Source: a phage. Taken from it: a DNA stretch of 45,885 bases. The position numbers were made by a program, and so were the translations under genes. Positions 37,806 through 45,885 of the stretch are shown here, in pieces. Every line of letters starts with the position of its first letter. Positions within the stretch are counted from its first letter, which is position 1. The stretch is taken from assembly GCA_021146325.1 (NCBI GenBank), contig GCA_021146325.1_4321.1; one strand, written 5' to 3'. The notes under the pieces were generated by a model, which worked only from the letters and a program-made list of their open reading frames with translations, was not told the DNA's origin and searched no databases.

Positions 37806-38219
37806 TCTTATCATCTCTGCGAATGCCGCAAGAAAACCCTCTCTTCCATAAGCCACCGCTGCGAAACCGCCTGATTCACTTACGCTTTTTAGGAATGACT
37901 TTTGCTCATTGCTAACTGGGCTTGCTTGCGTTTTACCAGCCCTCTTTAACTCTATGGCGCCAAATGGATAACCGCCACGCAATGACTCAGGTATCAGAAA
38001 TAAGCAGTCTGACACACCTTTGAGAAGCCCCTTGGCTTGGTCTTTTCTTGCTTGACCAATGCTCTTTTTATTTTCGTTAATCGTGTGCCAGTAAACAATC
38101 TGCGGATAGTTGTATTTCACCCAATCAGAGCAGAAGATTTGTTCATCGTCTTCCTTTGGGCATGACTTCACCGGTCCGCCATAGAACTCGAGGTAATCAC
38201 CTTTGTCTGTGATTTTCAT
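37800..38219 (-). CDS. VRR-NUC domain nuclease
   Basis: SDCLFL...AIELK PD-(D/E)xK pattern; immediately after the helicase gene. Confidence 0.55.
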   Translation of the reverse strand: MKITDKGDYLEFYGGPVKSCPKEDDEQIFCSDWVKYNYPQIVYWHTINENKKSIGQARKDQAKGLLKGVSDCLFLIPESLRGGYPFGAIELKRAGKTQASPVSNEQKSFLKSVSESGGFAAVAYGREGFLAAFAEMIRK

Positions 38220-38220
38220 A

Positions 38221-39930
38221 TCAATCCTCCATCGTAAATGATTTGTTGGCGATAATATCTTGAGACTTCTGGTTTTTACGGTGTGTGATTCTCAATGGGG
38301 CACGGAATAGATGTGCATTTGTCATAATCATTCTAGCATTACGCAATCTGCCAATTCTGAATGCCTCAGTCCTGTTATCGATGTGTGTTGAGCAGAAAGC
38401 CTTCCATTTAACAGAGCAAACGCGATGGTCTGATTCAGGGAAGAATGTTTCATAAGCTCGGAATCTGTCACCACTGTGAGCCATAACCTCATATGAAGCA
38501 ATAATCCCTGACTGGTTCTTTGTTAACCCAATCTTGAAGTCATAAACTCGCAACCAGTCCCCCTTACGATACATTTTTCCTGATAACTTAGCATTCGGGT
38601 CTATGAGCATCTCACCACAGCATCTGCAATTCTTAGCTGCAATATCATTCTTCTCACCGCATCCTTTCTTGATGATAGCTTTGGTCTGTGGGTCCGCTAT
38701 ATCTTCACACAGTCTAAACTGAAAGAAGTGCTCGCAACGCTTACCGTCAATTACATTATTACAACGCCGTGCGAACGGAGAGTTCTCATAAGAACATGCC
38801 GGGCATACCCTAGGTTCATCACCTCCTTTCCTTGATGACTTAAACTTCTGGTCCTGAACTTCTTCTATAATTGGGTCAAAGTAAAGCTCTGCCATATCGT
38901 CAAGCGTTCCGGCGAAATCGAGAACAACATGGTCTTCTTTTACCATCCCTGAATCCTTGTGTTTTTTCTTAAGAATTCGCATACCACGACCAAGCAACTG
39001 AATGAGTAGAGTAATGCTACCAACCTTCCTCAGGATAATGCTTGTATCCCACGGGGGGCAGTTTACGCCAGTTGTGAGGCAACCAATCTGAAATATGAAC
39101 TTATATTCTCCGTTAGCTGCCTTCTCAAGTATCTCTCTACGCTTCTTCTCACCAGTGGAGTTGGTAACTATCGCCCAAGTAACACCTTCTGGAAGTGCGG
39201 CTGCCGCCTCCTCGCAATGCTGTTTGCCAGCGCAAGTTACCAATGCAGCATTCCTTGTTTCCATAAACTTAGCAGCAAATCCCATTATCTTTTGTGTCAT
39301 CGTTTGGTTTTCGTGAATCTTTGCAGCCATCGCATCCATTTCTTTCTTGCTGAAGTCCTTAACCCCATCACTTCCATCAGGAGTGAACTCACTAAGGTCG
39401 TAGCCCAAATCACCAACTTCACCGTAGACAGTAGGAACAACGAACCCCAAGTCAACAAGGTAGCTGGTTGGCACTTGCATTACAGTTTTGCGCCAGAATC
39501 CACGGACATTTGGGTTACTAACTACAATGTGGTCGTTGTTACGGTACGGGCTACCAGTTAACCCAAAGATACGAAGTTCGCGACCGTACTTCTCCTTGCA
39601 TCGACGCTTCATTTCGGTAATGATTAACGTGTATTGCGCGCGACCAGTGCCAAGAAGCCCGGTATTCACACCATCCTTAAAGACCATCTCACCCTTCTTC
39701 GTGCTCATCTGCTCGAATGTTTCCTCATTCTCTTCAGCTTCTACGATATCCATATGGTCCACCATGTGGCAATTATGTGCCACGACCCCGTCAGCAATGA
39801 AATTATGGTGCTCAGGCATCTCTATATCCCAAACAAGTTCCTTGCCAATGGGTGAGATGTCTTTAATTTTGCTTGATTTTGTATTCCACGCCATTTTCCA
39901 TGTGCTTACTAATTCTCTTAAAAAACTCAT
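38221..39930 (-). CDS. SF2 helicase C-terminal gene: C-intein (53 aa) plus C-extein
   Basis: own ATG 39930 with RBS GAGGT; intein block G HNFIADGVVAHN then Cys; C-extein has helicase-like motifs GLTGSP and QLLGRGMR and zinc-finger-like Cys clusters. Confidence 0.75.
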   Translation of the reverse strand: MSFLRELVSTWKMAWNTKSSKIKDISPIGKELVWDIEMPEHHNFIADGVVAHNCHMVDHMDIVEAEENEETFEQMSTKKGEMVFKDGVNTGLLGTGRAQYTLIITEMKRRCKEKYGRELRIFGLTGSPYRNNDHIVVSNPNVRGFWRKTVMQVPTSYLVDLGFVVPTVYGEVGDLGYDLSEFTPDGSDGVKDFSKKEMDAMAAKIHENQTMTQKIMGFAAKFMETRNAALVTCAGKQHCEEAAAALPEGVTWAIVTNSTGEKKRREILEKAANGEYKFIFQIGCLTTGVNCPPWDTSIILRKVGSITLLIQLLGRGMRILKKKHKDSGMVKEDHVVLDFAGTLDDMAELYFDPIIEEVQDQKFKSSRKGGDEPRVCPACSYENSPFARRCNNVIDGKRCEHFFQFRLCEDIADPQTKAIIKKGCGEKNDIAAKNCRCCGEMLIDPNAKLSGKMYRKGDWLRVYDFKIGLTKNQSGIIASYEVMAHSGDRFRAYETFFPESDHRVCSVKWKAFCSTHIDNRTEAFRIGRLRNARMIMTNAHLFRAPLRITHRKNQKSQDIIANKSFTMED

Positions 39931-40910
39931 CTTGTGCCGACCTCGTTGTTATTGATACTGAGTAAAGCTCTCTCTTTTTCTTGCCGCCAATATAGCTTCT
40001 AACCTTAACTCCGTCATTAGCAATAAATGCTATTAGCGCATCAGCTACTGATTGAACTTCACGCCTGCTAAATGATTCGGTGTGGATTTCTACAACCCTC
40101 TTCCCTGAGCTTACAGTGCAATGACCATCATCACCAAAGTAAGCAGCCCAACCAACTGGATCAAGCTCTCTGCATATCTTTCCAATATCGTAACCATCCT
40201 TAGAATTTCCGTACTTATCAGCATATGAATCCAGAACTTTCGTACATGATGTTGATACGCAAAACCAGTTGTCGCCAAATCCAGGGTTTTTCTTCTCCCT
40301 GTATCTAGGGTTTAGTTTTGCAAACCTTTCAACCTTGCTTAGTGCGTGCTCCTTATTTCCAATATTCCAAGATGGCCTATGCGTTCCTTTTCTGTATTTT
40401 TAATCAAGCAACCATCACCAGCCATTGCCGCAAGAATGTTTTGATGTAAAAAGTCATCAACCTCCATTGATGGGTTGACGGTTGAATTATGATGCCCCGT
40501 TCTGTAATCCAAATAGAAATCGAAAGGGTTCTTAAGAAGTACGCCTAACCCCTTGCTTGAATGCGGCATAACTTTTTCACCACAGCCACACTTGCACGCA
40601 GGAGCTTTTTCGTAAATTTGTCCTGCGAGCCGTCTAGCGACAGATTCATCCCAATACAAAGTTTTCCCGCTCCGACCCAGCAGCCGTTCGAATAAAGTTT
40701 GTGTGTACTCGTGCATTTTATTTCCTCTCCGCTTTCTAATTTAATTGATGATACATGTCTTACACCATTAGTAAAAACTCTTTTTGGCTTATGATAGAAG
40801 TAATCACCAGTGCTTTCGTTTATGCATTTTATTTTATGATTGATAAGGTCTTCGCTATCAATCCTCATCATCCCTGAATCGGTGGTTATCATCGTGTCTC
40901 CAGTTAAGCA
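39772..40910 (-). mobile_element. split intein in helicase motif II: N-intein 40548..40910, endonuclease-like remnants, C-intein 39772..39930
   Basis: blocks A (CLTGDTMI), B (IKCTSTHKLY) and G (HNFIADGVVAHN-C); N-intein ends in a stop after 121 residues; intein DNA is 1139 bp, not a multiple of 3. Confidence 0.7.
39863..40740 (-). pseudogene. homing-endonuclease-like remnant split over two reading frames between the intein halves
   Basis: frame 1 ORF 40339..40716 (Cys cluster CKCGCG; ...AMAGDG...), frame 2 open 39863..40399 without a start codon (...IAFIANDG...); family not assignable by eye. Confidence 0.4.
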
Positions 40911-41354
40911 CTCATCTATCGCGATAACAGCAGGAGCATAGTCACCAAGCCCCTTAAACAAGCCGTTAGCAGCCGTTCCCTCACTAGCCACTATGGTTGG
41001 ATAGTAAACTGATTTAACGTTAAGGCCAGCGCAATAGACGCTATTACGGATGCCGAAATTACGAAGTTCCTCTGCGTTCTGGCTGATAATCTCTGACTGG
41101 CGAGATAGGACCATGTAAGGAAGGCCAAGCTGTTCCATTCGTTTCCCAATCATGGCGAGAATAATCGTCTTGCCAGCCGAAACCGATAGGTCTGCTATGA
41201 ATGGCGCTTCGTACTTGCCAATAGCCTTTCCGATTGCGTCAAATGTCACGCACTGGAATGGGTATGGTGTGATTTCTCCGAACTGATAATCATTTTGAAT
41301 CTGCTTGATTTTATCTTGGTCAAAGTTTGCTACTAAGCGTTCTACTGGAAGCAT
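40545..41354 (-). CDS. SF2 helicase N-terminal gene: N-extein (Walker A SVSAGKT ... IAIDE) plus N-intein
   Basis: 269-aa ORF; the extein junction would rebuild IAIDE-CHMV, a DECH box. Confidence 0.75.
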   Translation of the reverse strand: MLPVERLVANFDQDKIKQIQNDYQFGEITPYPFQCVTFDAIGKAIGKYEAPFIADLSVSAGKTIILAMIGKRMEQLGLPYMVLSRQSEIISQNAEELRNFGIRNSVYCAGLNVKSVYYPTIVASEGTAANGLFKGLGDYAPAVIAIDECLTGDTMITTDSGMMRIDSEDLINHKIKCINESTGDYFYHKPKRVFTNGVRHVSSIKLESGEEIKCTSTHKLYSNGCWVGAGKLCIGMNLSLDGSQDKFTKKLLRASVAVVKKLCRIQARG

Positions 41355-41394
41355 TTTAAATATCCTGATAGTTCTTTAGTTCGTTGCATTGATG

Positions 41395-41440
41395 TATAAT
41401 AACAGCCATAGAACCCATTGTTTAACAAAAAGTGCTATTG
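41395..41440 (-). promoter_or_regulatory. promoter cassette copy (IR TAGCACTTTTTGTTA, 22 bp, ATTATA) driving the helicase gene
   Basis: IR core 41423..41437, only 14 bp from the divergent HTH gene start. Confidence 0.5.
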
Positions 41441-41450
41441 AGGTAATGAG

Positions 41451-41924
41451 ATGTGTGAAATTGACAAGCGAACTATTAACGGCAATAACGGGACCGTCCG
41501 CACGCAAGACAAGAAGCAACGCAAGCGACCTTCAGGCTACTACGTATTGAAAGATGAAGTAAAGGCTGGTCTACGCGCGCGTCTGGAAATGATTCTTGAT
41601 TTCTACGGCACGAAAGCCAATATCGCCAAGCAGTTAAATGTATCTCACCAGACTGTAGAACAATGGTTTAATCGCGGGATGATTTCGGCTCGAGGGGCTC
41701 AGAGAGCGCATAATGCGTACAAGCGAAATAAGGAAGGGTTCCGAGCTACATTCTGCCGACCAGACCTGCAATTCGACGGTAACGGAAAGCCGCTAACACT
41801 TCGATGCAAGAAACGCCATATGCTTCGCGTAGTTACCGAGGCAGAACTAGCAATAAAACCACCCTGTCGACCGTGGCGCAAGAATAAGATTGCTAACGAA
41901 GCAGCACGAAAAGCTAAAGGGTAA
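41451..41924 (+). CDS. Cro/YdaS-like HTH DNA-binding protein, putative transcription regulator
   Basis: HTH GTKANIAKQLNVSHQTVEQWFNRG; basic C-terminal half. Confidence 0.55.
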   Translation: MCEIDKRTINGNNGTVRTQDKKQRKRPSGYYVLKDEVKAGLRARLEMILDFYGTKANIAKQLNVSHQTVEQWFNRGMISARGAQRAHNAYKRNKEGFRATFCRPDLQFDGNGKPLTLRCKKRHMLRVVTEAELAIKPPCRPWRKNKIANEAARKAKG

Positions 41925-41930
41925 GTGATT

Positions 41931-41963
41931 GGATGTGCCATAATAGGCACATCCTTTTTTATT
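41931..41963 (+). terminator. rho-independent terminator after the HTH gene
   Basis: hairpin GGATGTGCC-ATAATA-GGCACATCC then TTTTTTATT. Confidence 0.7.
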
Positions 41964-41975
41964 GGAGAGAAGAAA

Positions 41976-42455
41976 ATGAACTGGCATGATTATTTTTACT
42001 ATGTAGATGGCAAATTGCATTGGAAGATTAGCACTGCAAGACGTGTTAAGGTTGGCGATGAGTGCAACTCACTATCTACATCTGGCTATTACAAAGTGTC
42101 TGTTAATGGCTTTAGGACTTATGTACATAGAGTTGTGTGGGAGATGTTTAATGGATAACTTCAAAATGGCGACTACATTGATCATATAAACCATAACAAA
42201 TTAGATAACAGAATAGAAAACCTAAGAGTAACAACAAATCAAGGTAACTCAAGAAATTGCAAGCTTAGCGTTTTATCAACAACTGGTTATTGTGGAGTGG
42301 CAAAGCTAAATCACGGAAAATTTAAGGCTCACATCACGGTTGACGGCAAGCAGCTACACCTTGGTAACTTCGATACTCCAGAACGGGCGTATAAAGTAAG
42401 AATTGAAGCAGAGAGAAAATACAACTTTCACGAAAATAACGGGTTAAGCAAATGA
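41976..42455 (+). pseudogene. HNH homing endonuclease with AP2-like DNA-binding domain, interrupted by in-frame TAA at 42156..42158
   Basis: ...VHRVVWEMFNG [TAA] LQNGDYIDHINHNKLDNRIENLRVTTNQ...GYCGVAKLNHGKFKAHITVDGKQLHLGNFDTPERAY; same frame before and after the stop. Confidence 0.6.
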
Positions 42456-43375
42456 ATTACGATAAGAATGAAGTTATACCTAAGATGGCCGGATTGTGGA
42501 AATCATTTTATGTAAAGGAACTTGGTTGGAATGATAGACACATAAGTAAGAAGCACGGACCATGCCCATGCTGCTTTGGCACTGACAGATTCAGATTTAC
42601 CGACGAAATAGGCAGTGAAAAAGGAAATGGCGCGGCAGTTTGTTCGAAATGCGGAAGTGACTCCGGTATAGGATGGGTCATGAAGTGCACCGGATTGTCC
42701 TTCGCCGATTCAGTAAATTTGCTTGGTGACTGGCTGAACTTAACACCAATTGAGGTTATAGTTAAAGCAAACAAGCAAGCCTCGAGAACTAAGCGTTACA
42801 AAATGGGCGCTCAAGTCGACCATGAGAAAGTCCTGGAGGTTATGGAGAGAACTAAGAGAGTGGAATCGAGTCCACTCACGACATACGAGGGTATTTATGA
42901 CGCGTTTGGTTTTGATGTTGGTATAGCTAAAAATGGTTCAATGATTCACGCAATCCCTTGTTCGATGGTTTATGAAGATGGGCTTAGTGATGAGTTCTGT
43001 AACGTAATGTTTATTGATGAGGATTCAAATGTTAAGTTCCTTGCTGGTGATTACACTCGTGATTCTGTTTCCGTTATTGGTTCTAAGCAGGATGATAGTT
43101 ATACTTATGTTGTTGACAATTATATTGATGGCATACGTGTTCACCTTGCTACTGGTGGGCGCGAAGTGTTTGTTGCTTTCTCCTGTTACAATATGGAGAT
43201 GGTTATCCACCGCGACAAGTCAAGGAAGTTCAGAATTGCTTGCCGTGATTCTGATAGCGATATACTCGCTGTTGCTGACGATAGGGGTGTTGATGTTGTA
43301 GTTCCTAATGACGGTGAGTCATTTAAAACAGGCATACGAAAGAAAGTGTACAAAGCAAACGACTTGCTAAACTAA
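42452..43375 (+). CDS. DNA primase (zinc-binding plus catalytic domains)
   Basis: N-terminal Cys4 zinc-finger-like CPCCFG...CSKCG, 307 aa; upstream of the helicase in the replication region. Confidence 0.7.
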   Translation: MNYDKNEVIPKMAGLWKSFYVKELGWNDRHISKKHGPCPCCFGTDRFRFTDEIGSEKGNGAAVCSKCGSDSGIGWVMKCTGLSFADSVNLLGDWLNLTPIEVIVKANKQASRTKRYKMGAQVDHEKVLEVMERTKRVESSPLTTYEGIYDAFGFDVGIAKNGSMIHAIPCSMVYEDGLSDEFCNVMFIDEDSNVKFLAGDYTRDSVSVIGSKQDDSYTYVVDNYIDGIRVHLATGGREVFVAFSCYNMEMVIHRDKSRKFRIACRDSDSDILAVADDRGVDVVVPNDGESFKTGIRKKVYKANDLLN

Positions 43376-43398
43376 CCTCCTTCGGGAGGTTTTTTATT
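43374..43398 (+). terminator. rho-independent terminator after the primase gene
   Basis: hairpin CCTCC-TTCG-GGAGG then TTTTTTATTG. Confidence 0.7.
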
Positions 43399-43423
43399 GC
43401 CTGAAAGATGGTAGAATGAATTT

Positions 43424-43438
43424 TGGCAATTAGTGCTA
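43424..43438. promoter_or_regulatory. orphan copy of the IR motif (TGGCAATTAGTGCTA) just upstream of the tail fiber gene
   Basis: IR present but no correctly spaced -10 in either direction. Confidence 0.3.
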
Positions 43439-43460
43439 CTTTACAAATGGAGACTTTACA

Positions 43461-45885
43461 ATGGCAATTTATGACTTAGGAACAGCATCACTAGCCTCAA
43501 ATGGCGAGGTTACTGGCGTAGGTACTACATGGAAAGCACCTCTTACACTGATTCGTGTAGGTGCTACTATCATTTTCAAAACCAGCCCTCTGAAAATTTA
43601 CACCATCTCTGAAATCATCAGCGATACTCAGGTTAATGTTTATAATCCAAGTTCTGAAACTGTTCCCGCTGGTACTGGTTACGCAATTCTTGCTCATGAT
43701 GGAATTACTGTTCAGGGGTTGGCGCAGGATGTTGCGGAAACATTGCGTTACTACCAGTCAAAAGAGACTTCTATTGAAAGTCTACTGCAATTTATTGGTC
43801 AAGATACTTTTGATTGGCCTCGTTTTGAACAACTGGCAACTCAGTCAACTACCGGAGCTGCCGAGGCGCTTGCTAGTCAGATCTCTGCCGCTGAGAGTGC
43901 CTCTACAGCGGTAGGTGCTAGCAATAACGCACAAAATTCATATAACAGGACGGTTGCAGCAATAAATGCGGCTGGAAATACAGCGGCTGTTGCTTACTTT
44001 GCTAATCACGGAATAGGTAGCACGACAACGCCATTACTTACCTCTTTAGATTGGCAAACAATGCAATTTTATTCCGGAGGTCGTTATCAGTGCACACTTA
44101 GGAATATGTTAAACACCCCAAAAGAAATTAGTTCAATGTTTCCGGTTTCAACAACTCCTATTTGTATTGATGTTATTGCAACTAGGGGTGTTAATTCGAC
44201 TAGTGTATTAAGGTTATCTCCGTCTACTGGGTCAAACTCAAATTTTAGGATTGCAGATGTCACAATTTCTGGTGCGACTGGATCTAGGGTTTTTTATGTA
44301 AGGGAAGCACTAAGCTTGCCTGGCGGTGATGCTGCAACTGGTGGAGCAAGCGCGTCAAGGGTTAGGGGGTTGCTTGATGTTTACTCAAAATCCGAGACGT
44401 TTCAAAAATCATTGAATCTTTCAGACATTGCAGATAAGTCCGTGGCAAGAACCAACCTTGATGTTTACTCAAAGGGTGAGGTGTTATCAATTTTAAATAC
44501 AGATTCAAAAAGCACATCAAGCTATAGCGACTCAATATCTTCAGCAATAGAAGCCGCTGGCGATGGCGGGTCGGTAGTTATAAGCCCGGGAACTTATGAG
44601 AGTAATAACTACTCCTTTGCTGGCAGGAACATATCAGGCTCTGGATATAATACCGTAATAAGTGTTAAACCTTTTGAAGCCGGACTCACATCAACGCTAT
44701 CGGTTCCGCACTGGAGGCAAAAGCATTTATCGGATTTGCAGTTTACAGGTACTGCAATACAAGGTAATAACGGCTTTCAATTCCCGGATGACCCTTATGC
44801 TGGAAGGGTTGTATTGGATAGGCTTTACTTCAATGACCTGGATGTTGGTATAAGGAAAAATGCTGGCAACATTGGAAATACCTACAGAAACGTAAGTGTT
44901 AGAAATGCGAATTACGGGTATAGAGCAAAAGCTCATGACGAAATGCATATAGGAGCGGACACTTTATACGGATACCACTCAGATACAATCTCTCAATATT
45001 CAGTAATGCTAGATGCGACAAGCACAAGTAGCGCAACGAACCATGGCGCTGGAGGAATTGGTGGGTGGTGGATTAGGGATTCAATAATGGAGGACTCTGC
45101 TGGCGGCGGTATAAGGTTAAAGAATAAACCTGGAGATTGCCCAACATCACCTTGCGGATTGTCTAACGTATGGTTTGAAGCGATAGCAACTGGGGGAGCA
45201 ATTAACGTAGGTGAGGGAGCTGAACTCCCAAGGGTTTTGAAGCTCATCGATACGTCCGTTTTCTTTGCTGAGCATTCTTATATTAATAACATTGAGTTAT
45301 CAAATTCAAACCTTGTAACTTATGGGTGCAGGTTTGATAACGCTGATGGGCACCAAAGTTTCTCTCTTGATTCGAACAGTATTATTTTTGCTAAGGATGC
45401 ATACCTGAATGGATCTTCAACATCAAACGTTATAGTTGAGTCGCTGGTATCACAGACAGCCAAGATAACGGGTACATCTGACTTATCTGTTAGAGGATAT
45501 GTTACTAAAGGTCGAGTTTTTAATCCCGATTCCGGAACTGTTTTAGTCAGGAGGCCTTTTGGTACTGGTGGGAACAACTTTAATGGAACAGCGTCGTCAA
45601 GTGAAGGTTCTGATACAAGGGGTATACACTCGCTATCATCTGGATACTACGAATTGCCTGGTGCGGCTCAGTACGAATTGATAAATGGTGCCTTTAATAT
45701 AACCGCTGGCAAATGGTATGTTTGGGGTATCTCTGCAAACAGAATTCAAGGTGGTGCTGATGGTGTTATCCGTATTTTTGGTAGTGCATCTTTAGGGAAG
45801 GTATTCACTGAGGGCGGTAAGTGGGTTCACACATTTGGAGTTGCTCAGGCTTCAGTCTCTGGCACTGCAAACCTGCATATCAACC
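43461..45885 (+). CDS. tail fiber or tailspike-like protein, 3' end cut by the window
   Basis: open frame of over 800 codons from ATG 43461 with no stop before the window end; Gly/Ser/Thr/Asn-rich repeats typical of fibre proteins; absent from the ORF track. Confidence 0.65.
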   Translation, partial: MAIYDLGTASLASNGEVTGVGTTWKAPLTLIRVGATIIFKTSPLKIYTISEIISDTQVNVYNPSSETVPAGTGYAILAHDGITVQGLAQDVAETLRYYQSKETSIESLLQFIGQDTFDWPRFEQLATQSTTGAAEALASQISAAESASTAVGASNNAQNSYNRTVAAINAAGNTAAVAYFANHGIGSTTTPLLTSLDWQTMQFYSGGRYQCTLRNMLNTPKEISSMFPVSTTPICIDVIATRGVNSTSVLRLSPSTGSNSNFRIADVTISGATGSRVFYVREALSLPGGDAATGGASASRVRGLLDVYSKSETFQKSLNLSDIADKSVARTNLDVYSKGEVLSILNTDSKSTSSYSDSISSAIEAAGDGGSVVISPGTYESNNYSFAGRNISGSGYNTVISVKPFEAGLTSTLSVPHWRQKHLSDLQFTGTAIQGNNGFQFPDDPYAGRVVLDRLYFNDLDVGIRKNAGNIGNTYRNVSVRNANYGYRAKAHDEMHIGADTLYGYHSDTISQYSVMLDATSTSSATNHGAGGIGGWWIRDSIMEDSAGGGIRLKNKPGDCPTSPCGLSNVWFEAIATGGAINVGEGAELPRVLKLIDTSVFFAEHSYINNIELSNSNLVTYGCRFDNADGHQSFSLDSNSIIFAKDAYLNGSSTSNVIVESLVSQTAKITGTSDLSVRGYVTKGRVFNPDSGTVLVRRPFGTGGNNFNGTASSSEGSDTRGIHSLSSGYYELPGAAQYELINGAFNITAGKWYVWGISANRIQGGADGVIRIFGSASLGKVFTEGGKWVHTFGVAQASVSGTANLHIN

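Noticed and set aside
39772-40910. Group I intron or simple sequencing frameshifts as the cause of the broken helicase
   Set aside because: Conserved intein blocks A, B and G are present at the protein level on both sides, the first half ends at a size typical of split N-inteins and the second has its own RBS and ATG. Sequencing error is not excluded but every other long gene in the window is intact.

Overview
This window looks like most of the genome of a virulent tailed dsDNA phage with siphovirus, T1-like gene order, probably infecting an enterobacterial host; no integrase or repressor was seen. All calls rest on reading the six-frame translations and the DNA by eye; no database search or alignment was run. 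Left to right: a recombination module on the minus strand (SSB, ERF-family annealing protein, PD-(D/E)XK exonuclease); a divergent AT-rich control region; plus-strand cytosine-5 methyltransferase, Cor-like lipoprotein and an unknown protein; a long minus-strand morphogenesis block (lambda-like tail tip J/I/K/L/M, tape measure, G/GT chaperone with a -1 slippery site, major tail, head-tail joining, major capsid, scaffold/protease-like, portal, TerL, TerS); a minus-strand accessory block with tRNA-Arg(CCU) and an HNH endonuclease; a second, homologous AT-rich control region; plus-strand early genes; a minus-strand lysis cassette (holin, SAR-like endolysin, unimolecular spanin); a minus-strand replication/nucleotide block (kinase, HAD phosphatase, metallophosphatase, VRR-NUC, SF2 helicase); then plus-strand HTH regulator, HNH endonuclease, primase and a tail fiber gene that runs off the 3' end. 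The two most unusual things are (1) the helicase gene is broken at its DExH motif by an intein that is encoded as two separate genes with endonuclease-like remnants between them (split-intein, fractured-gene architecture), and (2) a directional promoter cassette recurring at least 15 times (imperfect inverted repeat TAGCAC-N3-TTGCTA, 22 bp, -10-like hexamer, often a CATCGAAACGAAA leader), which frequently overlaps the stop codon of the upstream gene. Many genes under 60 aa are missing from the ORF track; several are listed at lower confidence.
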